A stretch of DNA of 63,915 nt, counting the filler, from Candidatus Woesearchaeota archaeon (GTDB lineage Archaea > Nanobdellota > Nanobdellia > Woesearchaeales > JACPBO01), in NCBI GenBank assembly GCA_016180285.1. It is 5 parts of 5 records of this genome, joined end to end, with 100 filler letters (N's around TTAATTAATTAA, not from the genome) between each part and the next. Parts side by side here need not be neighbours in the genome. Positions count along the whole stretch, not along the records: positions 1 to 18,282 come from JACPBO010000045.1; 4 more parts are not named here. One strand, given 5' to 3'. The position numbers were made by a program, and so were the translations under genes. This document shows positions 1 through 8,911 of this stretch, piece after piece. A model generated the notes under the pieces. That model was not told the DNA's origin, made no database searches, and saw nothing but the letters and a program-made list of their open reading frames with translations. Every line of letters starts with the position of its first letter. Positions within the stretch are counted from its first letter, which is position 1.

Positions 1-288
1 GCGTTTTAGTTCTGGTAGAATCTGGCTTATTGCCTCTTTCTTTTCATCAACATATTCAAATAATTTCTCAGGTTTTGCAGCCTGAAAATAGCGTTTATAA
101 TCCTTAACAACAGAGCTGACTAAACCGAGCTGCTGTAATTTTTCTAAGCTGTCATACACCCTTGAACGGTGCATTCCAGACTCCTTTATTATCTGCTGCG
201 CTGTTGCTGAGCCTAATTTCAATAAAGCCAGATACACTTCAGACTGATTTCTTGTCAGGCCAATCTTCTCTAAAACCTTTGTGTCCAT
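1..288 (-). CDS. TrmB-family transcriptional regulator (3'-truncated at window edge)
   Basis: Own translation MDTKVLEKIGLTRNQSEVYLALLKLGSATAQQIIKESGMHRSRVYDSLEKLQQLGLVS... is a TrmB wHTH; not in ORF track. Confidence 0.88.
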   Translation of the reverse strand, partial: MDTKVLEKIGLTRNQSEVYLALLKLGSATAQQIIKESGMHRSRVYDSLEKLQQLGLVSSVVKDYKRYFQAAKPEKLFEYVDEKKEAISQILPELKR

Positions 289-325
289 GATCCTTGCTAA
301 TGCCCCTTTATTTTTAAATCTTTCT

Positions 326-351
326 ATAGTAATCCTAAAAAGGAGGACTAT
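326..351. promoter_or_regulatory. Imperfect 26-bp palindrome between divergent TATA boxes; candidate TrmB operator
   Basis: ATAGTaaTCCT-aaaa-AGGAggACTAT, flanked by TTTAAAAA (minus) and TTTATTAA (plus). Confidence 0.45.
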
Positions 352-414
352 GATTTATTAACAGTGTGGTAACTTCTTTGAAGTGGTTAAGTATATGATG
401 GACAAGGAGAAAAA

Positions 415-1209
415 ATGAAAAATTTGGAAAAATCGTTTGATTTAAAAAAGTATATAGATGTATCTGCAGTAGACCTGCAAGAAATAAAAAAACTTGATAA
501 AAAATTAAAAGGATTAGATGAGGTCACATTCGAAATTGAAAAATTACCAAAGAAACACTTAAAATACCAAAAAGCCACATATCTTTATCCTAGATTATCT
601 ACAGAATTTCTAAGTTTGGTCAATAATGAAAAGTTTAGAGGAAAAATAATCTCTGTTCCAAGATTCGGTGTTTATCAATTAAACGACCCAACTATGGAAA
701 TAGAATTCGGAATAAATGAGTATTGTGCTAGATTCACAATACACAATGAGTACGATGACGATTTAAATAAACATATACCAGACATTCTTGAATATCCGAT
801 TTTAAGGAGTTTAATAAACGAATTTTCAAAGAAAGAATTTTCATGTGGGGCTGAAATGGAAGAGATTTTGAAAGAATCACGTGTGCCAAAAAAGGTTTTT
901 ATTAAGTATCAAAAGGTGGGCAACTTTAAAATAAAGAGCACCTTTAATACAATTATCCCAACAGAAATTAAAAAAAGAATCAAACAAGCAAGCAACTTAT
1001 TTGGAATTGATAAATTGTTTATTATTGCTGAAATAAAACCAGAAGGAAAAAATATTGAGAGAATTGTCAGTACAGATCCGCTTGTTGTTGGTGTTATGGA
1101 CGATGCGGAAGAACAAGAAGATTGTTTTTATGTTGCTAAGTTTGATCCAACACCTTTAGAAAAATACGCAAGAGCAGAATTCATCGAAGTATATACTGAT
1201 ATGTACTAA
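415..1209 (+). CDS. Hypothetical protein, divergent from TrmB regulator
   Basis: 264-aa ORF with AGGAG RBS; no recognised motif. Confidence 0.7.
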   Translation: MKNLEKSFDLKKYIDVSAVDLQEIKKLDKKLKGLDEVTFEIEKLPKKHLKYQKATYLYPRLSTEFLSLVNNEKFRGKIISVPRFGVYQLNDPTMEIEFGINEYCARFTIHNEYDDDLNKHIPDILEYPILRSLINEFSKKEFSCGAEMEEILKESRVPKKVFIKYQKVGNFKIKSTFNTIIPTEIKKRIKQASNLFGIDKLFIIAEIKPEGKNIERIVSTDPLVVGVMDDAEEQEDCFYVAKFDPTPLEKYARAEFIEVYTDMY

Positions 1210-1230
1210 GATGCATAGTTTACTCTGAGA

Positions 1231-2001
1231 ATGAAAAAAATGTTCAACCTAAAAAACACAATCTTAACTGGAATCTCAACTTTAGCAACAGCTCTTTTTA
1301 GCCAAGCTTATGCAGATGGCATCCTTAGGGGAGTGCCTTATCCTCTTCCATTCAAATATCAAATAGAGGAAAGAATAGTCTATTCTGAGAATGAAAAGGG
1401 AGTTAAAACAGCAACAGATACAATTTTCCTGAAATACAGAAATGAGGATATATTACTCTCTATCGGCGTGCCTTATAAGTATGTTGAACAGCAGAGCAGC
1501 TCAGATGGCTTTGGAGATGCTTCTGCGCTTCTCGGCTTAATACGTAAAATTGAAGTTGGCAAAGACAACATTCATCTGCTGCCTTACTGCAGCTTGACAT
1601 TTCCAACAGCCGAAACAAAAGGAATTGCATTAGGAAATGAAAGAACAGATGAAAAGCTCGGCATAGCAGCAACATATTTGACTGAAGACAAGAGAAGGGA
1701 AATTGATTTTGTTTTAGAGCGTATTTTCACAGGAGAAAACAGGGAAAATATTAATTTATCGGATGAAACATATTCTGGCATTTTGGCAGGCGGAGAGATT
1801 TTACCGCAAATAAGAGTTGCGGCAGGATTTACAAATTTAAGAAAAGATAACGGAGATTATTTGTCAAATTTAAGAACTTTCCTCAGACTGACATCAAAGG
1901 ATAAAAAATACCGGTTAGAATTTTTTGTAGACAAAAGCATTGATAACAAGGGCATTCCAAAGGGCTATAGCACTGGAATTATTACCGGGTGTAATTTTTA
2001 A
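1231..2001 (+). CDS. Secreted protein resembling outer-membrane beta-barrel 'transporter' (Phenol_MetA_deg-like) family
   Basis: Signal peptide ending AYA-D; DGFGD...LTFPTA...LGNE motifs; amphipathic beta strands; terminal Phe. Confidence 0.5.
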   Translation: MKKMFNLKNTILTGISTLATALFSQAYADGILRGVPYPLPFKYQIEERIVYSENEKGVKTATDTIFLKYRNEDILLSIGVPYKYVEQQSSSDGFGDASALLGLIRKIEVGKDNIHLLPYCSLTFPTAETKGIALGNERTDEKLGIAATYLTEDKRREIDFVLERIFTGENRENINLSDETYSGILAGGEILPQIRVAAGFTNLRKDNGDYLSNLRTFLRLTSKDKKYRLEFFVDKSIDNKGIPKGYSTGIITGCNF

Positions 2002-2042
2002 AAAAACAAAAGGTTTACTGAGTATTATGAAATCCCAACATT

Positions 2043-2678
2043 ATGGCAACAACAATCCCCAACGGATATACGAAGCAATTGGTAATTGAAATCCATCCAA
2101 ATAAAGGATTTGCTGCATTGCTTATGCCGTATGATCTAATCCGTATTGTAGACATAGAAGGTCAGCAAGTATCTGATCTTGTTGCATTTAATGCCGGGGA
2201 TGTGGCAGAAAGGCTAAGCGGACCGCAAACAACAAAGTTAAATGCGCGATTAAATCTGATCCCTCAAAATATATTATATTCCGATAGATGCAATCCTATG
2301 CTAAAAATAACTTATATGTCAAATCCGGGCGTCCACTGCAATTTTATTTATTCTCCATGCGGGCCTGAGGATAATGCGATTAGATTTCCACACTCATATG
2401 CCGGTCCAACCTGTCTGGAGAACCTGGAAGATGCTTTATCTCCATGGCGCATTCATAGGAAAGAATTGTTGGAGCCCTTTAGTATAGGCCTTAATCTTAA
2501 AATAACTGGTGATGGAACAATAGAAACTGTTGAACCAGTATCTGAAGCAGGGGATTATATTGAAATGGAAGCAACAATATCTCTTGTTGCTGGGATTTCC
2601 GCTTGCCCGCAAGATAGAAACCCATGCAATGGCGGAAGACCAACCCCAATAAGGTTTGAACAGTATAGAAGAATGTAA
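2043..2678 (+). CDS. DUF1989 / urea carboxylase-associated family protein
   Basis: IRIVDIEGQQVSDLVAFNA, LYSDRCNPML, C..NL, SEAGDYIEMEA, SACPQD.NPCNG..PTPI motifs. Confidence 0.85.
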   Translation: MATTIPNGYTKQLVIEIHPNKGFAALLMPYDLIRIVDIEGQQVSDLVAFNAGDVAERLSGPQTTKLNARLNLIPQNILYSDRCNPMLKITYMSNPGVHCNFIYSPCGPEDNAIRFPHSYAGPTCLENLEDALSPWRIHRKELLEPFSIGLNLKITGDGTIETVEPVSEAGDYIEMEATISLVAGISACPQDRNPCNGGRPTPIRFEQYRRM

Positions 2679-2829
2679 ATTCCTACGAACTAACCGAGCC
2701 GATCTAATATGTCATTCTAATGGCTTTTAGCTTGTTAGTTATACCTTCTAAAGCGATGTATTTTTTGCAATGCTTTATTTAACAAGATAAAACGAAAGGT
2801 TTTTATAGGATAATGATCTTGATCCGAAA

Positions 2830-3036
2830 ATGAAAAGCTTCAGCACAAAGAACTGGACAATAGGAATATTGATTGGGGCGTGGATTGCTTCCTTTGTTGT
2901 AGGCGGTTTGCACGGAGCAGGGCTGCTTAGTGAGCCAGCAAATCCAATAATCCATACATTTCAGGATTGGATTCTGGTTATAATTCCTTTGCTGCCGATT
3001 TCGTACGCAGTGGCAAGGCTGCTGCCAGGCAAATAA
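2830..3036 (+). CDS. Small membrane protein (2 TM)
   Basis: 68 aa with two hydrophobic helices; TATA-like TTTTATA upstream. Confidence 0.6.
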   Translation: MKSFSTKNWTIGILIGAWIASFVVGGLHGAGLLSEPANPIIHTFQDWILVIIPLLPISYAVARLLPGK

Positions 3037-3065
3037 GCTGTTTTGGACTGCAATAATCCTGCTGT

Positions 3066-4730
3066 TTAAGGTGCAATAGCGCTCAGTTTCTTGTTTATTT
3101 CTTCGATATGAATGCAGCCAAGATCCAACGCCTTTTTGTAGAATTCTCCTGCTTCTTTGTATTTTTTTAATTCAAAATATACCTGCCCCAGATTGAAATA
3201 AGCATCGCTGTTCTTGCTGTCGAGTTCAATGATCTTCTCGTAGCATGAAACTGCATCATCGTATTTTTTCAGATTAACATATATTTCACCGAGAATTATG
3301 TAGGATCTTATGTATTTTTTATCGGATTCTATCGCTTTTTTTAAGTTCATTAAGGCTTCTTCAATGCCGCTTAAAAATTTAAAATTTATCAGCGCAATAT
3401 CGCAGTATGCCTTTGCATCATTCGGGTTTTTTTCAATCCTTTTTCTAGAATATTCAAGATATTTTAATTGCTTTTCTTTCAGCGTTTCATCAAATCCGCC
3501 AAAATGGTGTATTGGAATGTCTATGCTCGATATTCTGCCATTGTCTTTTATGATGGAATTTTCTATAATCTCATGGACTGCCCCCTCATAGCGGTATTTC
3601 TTGCTGTTCCTGAACAATCTTGCAAGCTCTATCGGCAGATATCCTGAATAGCCTTCTCTTTTTTCGCTTAACCTTACCCAGCCAGCATCATTTTCATTAT
3701 TGGAATAATTAAACAATGCAAGCCTGAAGGCATCGAAATTTTCAAATTCAATGATTTTTTTTATGTTGATCAGGTCTTTCCTGTCAATGACTTCATCAGC
3801 ATCCAGTGTAAGTATCCAGTCTGATGATGCATTCTGCAGATAAACATTCCTTGCTTCGCTGAAATCATTTTTCCATTCATGCCTTATTATTTTTGCGCCA
3901 AAACTTTCTGCGATCTCAATTGTTTTATCTTCTGAGCCTGTATCGACAACAATTATCTCGTCGGCAATGTCTTTGATGCTGTCAAGGCATCTTTTAAGGG
4001 CATTTTCTTCATTTTTTACGATCATGCAGACGCTTAAAGCTGGAGTTGTGAGCAATTTTATGAATTTTCCAAGAAAAACATCGTTCGTTATCCATCTTCT
4101 CGATAATTCAAATGGCGACAGAAATTTATTGTTCAGCGTGCTTCTTGTCGTAATGGCTGTTTTATAGCCTGCTTCTTTTAATTTTTTTATAATATCTTCA
4201 TTAAAAACTCCGTAAGGGTATGAAAAATCCTTTACTTCTTTGTTTATTTTTTCTTCAATAAGCTTTTTTGAATTGTTTATTTCATCATTTAATCTGTTTT
4301 CATCCAATTTTGTCAGGTCAACATGGGTCTTTCCATGGCAGCCGATAATAAATCCTTTTTCAGACAGCTCTTTAATATCGCTCCAGCTCATAACTCCAGA
4401 ATATGCTTCATGTTTGGGGATATTTTTTCCATCTGCCCAATCTGATGTGATGTAGAAAACTGCATTAAACTTGTTTTCTTCAAACAAAGGAGCAGCATAT
4501 TTCAGAATGCAGTCCCTTCCATCATCAAATGTCAGCATAATTGGCTTTTCAGGAAGATTTTTGCTGTTTACAAGGAATTCATAAAGATCATCAGGCGTTA
4601 TTGCCTGAAATCCGTTTTTGGCAAGGTAATTGATCTGCTCCCTGAACATTGATGGGGAGATTGTCCACTTGTTCTTTATAAAAGGCGCTATTTCGTGGTA
4701 CGTCAATACGGGAATGTCCTTTCTTTTCAT
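3066..4730 (-). CDS. Polysaccharide deacetylase (NodB) - GT2 glycosyltransferase - TPR fusion
   Basis: LTFDDG, HGKTH, FSYPYG (CE4); LSVCMIVKNEE, VDTGSED, LDADE, YEGAVHE (GT2); C-terminal TPRs. Confidence 0.88.
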   Translation of the reverse strand: MKRKDIPVLTYHEIAPFIKNKWTISPSMFREQINYLAKNGFQAITPDDLYEFLVNSKNLPEKPIMLTFDDGRDCILKYAAPLFEENKFNAVFYITSDWADGKNIPKHEAYSGVMSWSDIKELSEKGFIIGCHGKTHVDLTKLDENRLNDEINNSKKLIEEKINKEVKDFSYPYGVFNEDIIKKLKEAGYKTAITTRSTLNNKFLSPFELSRRWITNDVFLGKFIKLLTTPALSVCMIVKNEENALKRCLDSIKDIADEIIVVDTGSEDKTIEIAESFGAKIIRHEWKNDFSEARNVYLQNASSDWILTLDADEVIDRKDLINIKKIIEFENFDAFRLALFNYSNNENDAGWVRLSEKREGYSGYLPIELARLFRNSKKYRYEGAVHEIIENSIIKDNGRISSIDIPIHHFGGFDETLKEKQLKYLEYSRKRIEKNPNDAKAYCDIALINFKFLSGIEEALMNLKKAIESDKKYIRSYIILGEIYVNLKKYDDAVSCYEKIIELDSKNSDAYFNLGQVYFELKKYKEAGEFYKKALDLGCIHIEEINKKLSAIAP

Positions 4731-5374
4731 TGTCCTTCGATCTCTTCAGCCCTTCCCTTGCTTATCAGAAGGTCTGCAATTTCCAAGGGAAGGTTTGCAA
4801 TGTTCTCCTCTTCAAAAGGGCCGTAAACTTCAAGCTCTTTTCCGACAAACTTCGGCACAGCGCTGAGGAACCTTATTGTTTTTGTTTCTTTGGCCTGAGT
4901 TTCCTTTTTTTCAGGCTCTGTTTCTTTGGCCTGTTCAAATGATGGCAGTTTTTCAGTAAGAATGCTGAAAAGCACTTTATCCCTGAAATTGTCAAAGACA
5001 AGCAATAATTGATCGAAAAGCATTTTCTCTTCATTCAAAAATGCTGAAGCGTCTATCAAACTGGATTTAATCCTTGATTTGGCCAATGCCATGCTTATTA
5101 TCTTCTTTTCCCTTCTTTCATAAAGCTCTCTCAGAATCTTGCTTAAGTTTGCAAGCTGCTTTGTTGTTTTTTCCTTTTCCTCTTCAGCAAACAGCTCGCT
5201 TTCTGCTTTAAGCATAATCTGCCTTTTATCCTTCAGATAATTCACAACATCTCCGAAGAAAGAATCATCCAGCTTCTGCAAGTCCTCCCTTTCCTTTTCC
5301 CTTCTGAGAAGATCGAACAGAGTTTCAAGAGTTATAACGACTTCCTTATCAGTTTCCATTTTCCCCCAAGACAT
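4727..5374 (-). CDS. DNA replication complex GINS protein (Gins51 type; start may be 5359)
   Basis: Helical A domain (LQKLDDSFF...LYERREKKII) then B domain (IRFLSAVPKFVG.ELEVYGPF...A.LP..IA.LLI.KG.AEEI). Confidence 0.85.
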   Translation of the reverse strand: MSWGKMETDKEVVITLETLFDLLRREKEREDLQKLDDSFFGDVVNYLKDKRQIMLKAESELFAEEEKEKTTKQLANLSKILRELYERREKKIISMALAKSRIKSSLIDASAFLNEEKMLFDQLLLVFDNFRDKVLFSILTEKLPSFEQAKETEPEKKETQAKETKTIRFLSAVPKFVGKELEVYGPFEEENIANLPLEIADLLISKGRAEEIEGQ

Positions 5375-5442
5375 CTAATTATCCACTAATATATAAAGAT
5401 TTATTTTTTGTAGATTGAATTTTTCAAATGAAGTATTTTTAA

Positions 5443-5695
5443 AATCCCACCACTACTAATGGCTGTCGCATTTTTCCTGCGGAAAAATGCTCGTTCGTCA
5501 TACCACAACCGTATACTGCGTATACGAACGTGGTATGCCTCACCAGCCTTAGTGGTGGGATTNNNNNNNNNNNNNNNNNNNNNNNNNNNNNNNNNNNNNN
5601 NNNNNNNCCGACGTGACAGGTTGTCCCTTCGGGATGTCGCGTAGGACAAAATCGCATAGATTTTGTCCGTAGGCGTCATGGTTGGCTGGATTTTT
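5443..5695. repeat. Multi-branched palindromic REP/MITE-like element spanning an assembly gap
   Basis: AATCCCACCACTA...TAGTGGTGGGATT outer inverted repeat with nested hairpins; more hairpins after the N gap (GGACAAAATC-gcata-GATTTTGTCC). Confidence 0.6.
5563..5607. other. Scaffold gap (45 N)
   Basis: Run of N. Confidence 0.98.
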
Positions 5696-5796
5696 ACATA
5701 CTATGCGTCAATTTTTCCAAAGATTTATAAATAATGGGTATTTTTAAGCTGCTAAGCTGTATATTGGCTTTAAAATAAACTATTGAGGTGAATAAA

Positions 5797-5949
5797 ATGG
5801 CTGGAGTGCAAGGATATTGCGTGAAGTGCAAAAAGAAAGTAGACATACAGGGCGGAAAAGAGTCTGTTACTTCGAATAAAAAGAAGATCCTGAAGGGCAA
5901 ATGCCCCAAATGCACCACAACAGTGTGCAGGATTCTTGGAAAAGCATAA
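5797..5949 (+). CDS. Small basic zinc-ribbon protein, DUF5679-like
   Basis: Own translation MAGVQGYCVKCKKKVDIQGGKESVTSNKKKILKGKCPKCTTTVCRILGKA; GAGGTG RBS; below ORF-track cutoff. Confidence 0.8.
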   Translation: MAGVQGYCVKCKKKVDIQGGKESVTSNKKKILKGKCPKCTTTVCRILGKA

Positions 5950-6071
5950 GCTTATTGTTTTATTTTTTTCTTATTTTTTGTTGAGCAAGTTTGCCCATCT
6001 ATGATCAACTAGAATTTTTTTCTTCGATTCTTGTCTGAATACCCGCATTATCGGATATTATTTACCCTCAC

Positions 6072-6296
6072 CTAATTTTTCAATAAATCAGCAAGTTCTT
6101 GTTTTTGAGGTGTTTCATACTGATTTTTTGCTTCGACCAATGATGTTACTGACAAATTTCGCTCGTACCCCTGATGTTTCTCAAATTGCGCATAATCTAT
6201 TCCTGCTCTCATTGCCGCCGCACTAATGCCTCCTATTGCAAGTATACTTACCACTACTAAGACCGTACCCAAATCACCAAAGTAATCTTTGCCCAT
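6072..6296 (-). CDS. Small single-TM hypothetical protein
   Basis: 74 aa, N-terminal TM helix. Confidence 0.55.
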   Translation of the reverse strand: MGKDYFGDLGTVLVVVSILAIGGISAAAMRAGIDYAQFEKHQGYERNLSVTSLVEAKNQYETPQKQELADLLKN

Positions 6297-6320
6297 CTTT
6301 ATTCCGCCCCATTCAACAAT

Positions 6321-6701
6321 TCATTTAAAATTCTCAAGCACGAAATTGGCCATCATCTCATTTCCTGCTGCCTTGTAGAGCTTTAATGCCTCTGCCATTA
6401 ATCCGAGGTTTACGCATTCTGCTGCAATGGCTTCGATCCTTGCAATATCGCCGGAATTCTCTATTGCCAATGCTGCCAGCCTTATCTGCTTCTCTTTCGC
6501 AAAGTCTTCTGCAAGCTTTATTAATTTCTCTTTTTCTCCTGCCAGCGCAAGCGCTTTCACTCCATCTTCAAACTTGCCCATTCTCACCAGCTGGCTACCT
6601 GCATCTCCGAGGATCATTTTTCTGCTCTTCTCATCCAACATAGAAATATTTACCTTGTCGATTCCCTTTTCAATGACCAGATCGACAAAATTGCTTGCCA
6701 T
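6321..6701 (-). CDS. Alpha-helical repeat (TPR-like) hypothetical protein
   Basis: 126 aa with repeated A..AG helical pattern; TATA upstream. Confidence 0.65.
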   Translation of the reverse strand: MASNFVDLVIEKGIDKVNISMLDEKSRKMILGDAGSQLVRMGKFEDGVKALALAGEKEKLIKLAEDFAKEKQIRLAALAIENSGDIARIEAIAAECVNLGLMAEALKLYKAAGNEMMANFVLENFK

Positions 6702-6768
6702 GTTTGCTATTTTGGAGTAGAAGTATTTAAATTTAGTTGTAGTGAAGAATATAATTAGATTTTAGCAG

Positions 6769-7854
6769 CTACGAAGGATATATCTCGAGCCTTGGGTCAA
6801 AAAATCTCTTCCAGAATTGCCTTCTCTCTTTTTCATCTTTTGGTATGGCTTTAAAAGGAGAAATAAGCAACTTATCCTTGACAGCATTGATCATATCTGC
6901 GCTTGGCTTCCATTCTATGCCCAGCAACTCGAACATGTTTTTCAGAACATAGCATCTTTGCATAAGCGCTTTTATTTTAAGCTGCTCTTTTTCCTGGCTT
7001 ATGAGCCTTTTCCATTGCTCTATTGAGCATCCTTCAATGGCTTCTCTTATTTTTTCCAATTTTTCCATTGAATTGATAAGAATGCCATCAACCCCGACAG
7101 CATAATATGCCATGCCATTAATAGGGTCGCCTTCGTAAACAGAATGGCAGGATATTGAATCGCACCTGAATTTTACATTTTTATATACGGCATAGATGTT
7201 CAGCGTTTTACACGGCGAATCTCTTATCTCCGGCCACAGGTCCATTGGCTTAAGATCGCTAAAGGACTTTATGACCATTATATGGCCCGGCCCAAAGATA
7301 CTGCTTACATCATATTCCCCAAAGTTTTCGATGCCATAATCTGTGTAGAGGTCTGTGTAGAGGCCATTTACAAAATGGAATGCTGCTGTATGCAGTTTCC
7401 CAAGAAATCTTGCAATCTCAGGATTTGCCTTTTCAAAACTTATCTTTCTGCATAATTCTATGATTTCTTTGCCTGTGTGAGCAATGTTGCTTCTGAATCC
7501 ATAAATATCCCCCTTTGACTTTTCACTTATAATGCTATCAAAAAATTTTGCAATCTCCAATCTTTTCTCTCTAGTTATTCTTGCAAATTTTAAGTCAGCA
7601 AGCATGAAATAATACTGGGCTCTGAAATGCGATGGGCCAGTTATTCTTTTTGCAAGCCTTGCAAAAGAAATATCTAATTGTTTTCTTCTGCTTATAGCAA
7701 GAAGGAATCTATTAGCCCATTCTCTTGAATAAAGAGGATGCATATTATCAAAGTTAAAAGGCTCAATAGTAGCCAGATCCATATTCCCAAATGAAGCGGC
7801 TATTGAGTCCATCCACAAATCAAGCCAGTTCATCATTTCCACCTTAAGTTCCAT
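6769..7854 (-). CDS. Hypothetical protein, last gene of the radical SAM/HAD/phosphohistidine operon
   Basis: 361-aa ORF overlapping the upstream gene; no recognised family. Confidence 0.7.
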   Translation of the reverse strand: MELKVEMMNWLDLWMDSIAASFGNMDLATIEPFNFDNMHPLYSREWANRFLLAISRRKQLDISFARLAKRITGPSHFRAQYYFMLADLKFARITREKRLEIAKFFDSIISEKSKGDIYGFRSNIAHTGKEIIELCRKISFEKANPEIARFLGKLHTAAFHFVNGLYTDLYTDYGIENFGEYDVSSIFGPGHIMVIKSFSDLKPMDLWPEIRDSPCKTLNIYAVYKNVKFRCDSISCHSVYEGDPINGMAYYAVGVDGILINSMEKLEKIREAIEGCSIEQWKRLISQEKEQLKIKALMQRCYVLKNMFELLGIEWKPSADMINAVKDKLLISPFKAIPKDEKERRQFWKRFFDPRLEIYPS

Positions 7855-8201
7855 GATTCATCTTTAAGAAAGATCTCTCCATTTTCGCCATTCATTTTAA
7901 TCTCCTGCCTATCTTTTAAAATCTCAGTCACAGGTTTTCCTGTAATTACGCCTTTTGCAGATACAATGCACGGAATTCCCATTTCCCTGCTCAAAACAGA
8001 AGGGTGCGATGTAAGGCCGCCGATGTCGCAGATTATTCCAGCAGCTCTGCCCATGATGGCAGTCATTGTTGGGTCTGTCAGCCTTGTTACAAGAATGTCG
8101 CCTTTCTTTAGCTTTGCATGATCATCGAGACTTTTTATGATCTTAACTCTGCCTTGTACTTGGCCTTTGCTTACGCCAATGCCTTTTGCTATGAGCTTCA
8201 T
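7833..8201 (-). CDS. Stand-alone PEP-utilising enzyme mobile (phosphohistidine swivel) domain protein
   Basis: GDILVTRLTDP...AAGIICDIGGLTSHPSVLSREMGIPCIV. Confidence 0.88.
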   Translation of the reverse strand: MKLIAKGIGVSKGQVQGRVKIIKSLDDHAKLKKGDILVTRLTDPTMTAIMGRAAGIICDIGGLTSHPSVLSREMGIPCIVSAKGVITGKPVTEILKDRQEIKMNGENGEIFLKDESWNLRWK

Positions 8202-8202
8202 T

Positions 8203-8847
8203 TTATTCGCCTCTTAGCATTTTATAATGCTGCTCCATTGTTCCCCTGATTATCGCAGGGTTATATTGCACAATTGACAGGTTACAATTTTCAGAAACAA
8301 TATGCAATCCTGTGCAATTCAGCCCATTCGCCAGAGCAAGGCAATTATTGATGCTGTCTTCATAACCGAGCAATATCCTGTTATTCGCTCCAAAGTTATC
8401 ATAAACTGCTGCCTGCCATGTCTCAGGGTCTTTTTTGCTCCCTATGGGAATTGTTGAGATGAGATTTTTGTAAGGAATTATCTCGTTTGCAGCTATCTTT
8501 GTTCCATTCTGCTTGTTATGATTATTGGCTATTGTGTCCAAAGTGAATCTAAGAGTTTCATCAGTTCCGGCAGAAGCAACAACAGGCATAATGCCTTTTT
8601 CCTTTAGATAAAGTAAAGTATCTACTGCAAATGGAGTTGCAATGCATTTAATTGCGCCTTCTTTAAAAAGCCTGCACTCCATTTCTGCTGCAAAAGTAAA
8701 ATCGTTTTTTGCCAATTCATATTCCTCGGGGTGCAGCTCCTTTATTTTTTCATATGCAAATGGAAGGCAGTTCTCAAGTCTGCCATTCACTTCAGCATAT
8801 TGGTATATCGGGCCTAACACATCAAACACAACTATGTCTTGTTTCAT
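8203..8847 (-). CDS. HAD-superfamily hydrolase (MtnC/E1-like motifs)
   Basis: VVFDVLG (motif I variant), ASAG (II), GSKKDP (III), YEDS (IV); GGAG RBS supports start at 8847. Confidence 0.7.
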   Translation of the reverse strand: MKQDIVVFDVLGPIYQYAEVNGRLENCLPFAYEKIKELHPEEYELAKNDFTFAAEMECRLFKEGAIKCIATPFAVDTLLYLKEKGIMPVVASAGTDETLRFTLDTIANNHNKQNGTKIAANEIIPYKNLISTIPIGSKKDPETWQAAVYDNFGANNRILLGYEDSINNCLALANGLNCTGLHIVSENCNLSIVQYNPAIIRGTMEQHYKMLRGE

Positions 8848-8911
8848 TTTTATTTTACTCCTGCGTTTTAAGCCCACCGACAGGGCAATTTCTAAAAAAA
8901 TAATGGTTTGC

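Noticed and set aside
5401..5918. Short ORFs over the palindrome and gap, and 5694-5918 on the minus strand
   Set aside because: They cross Ns or are antisense to the 5797-5949 gene.
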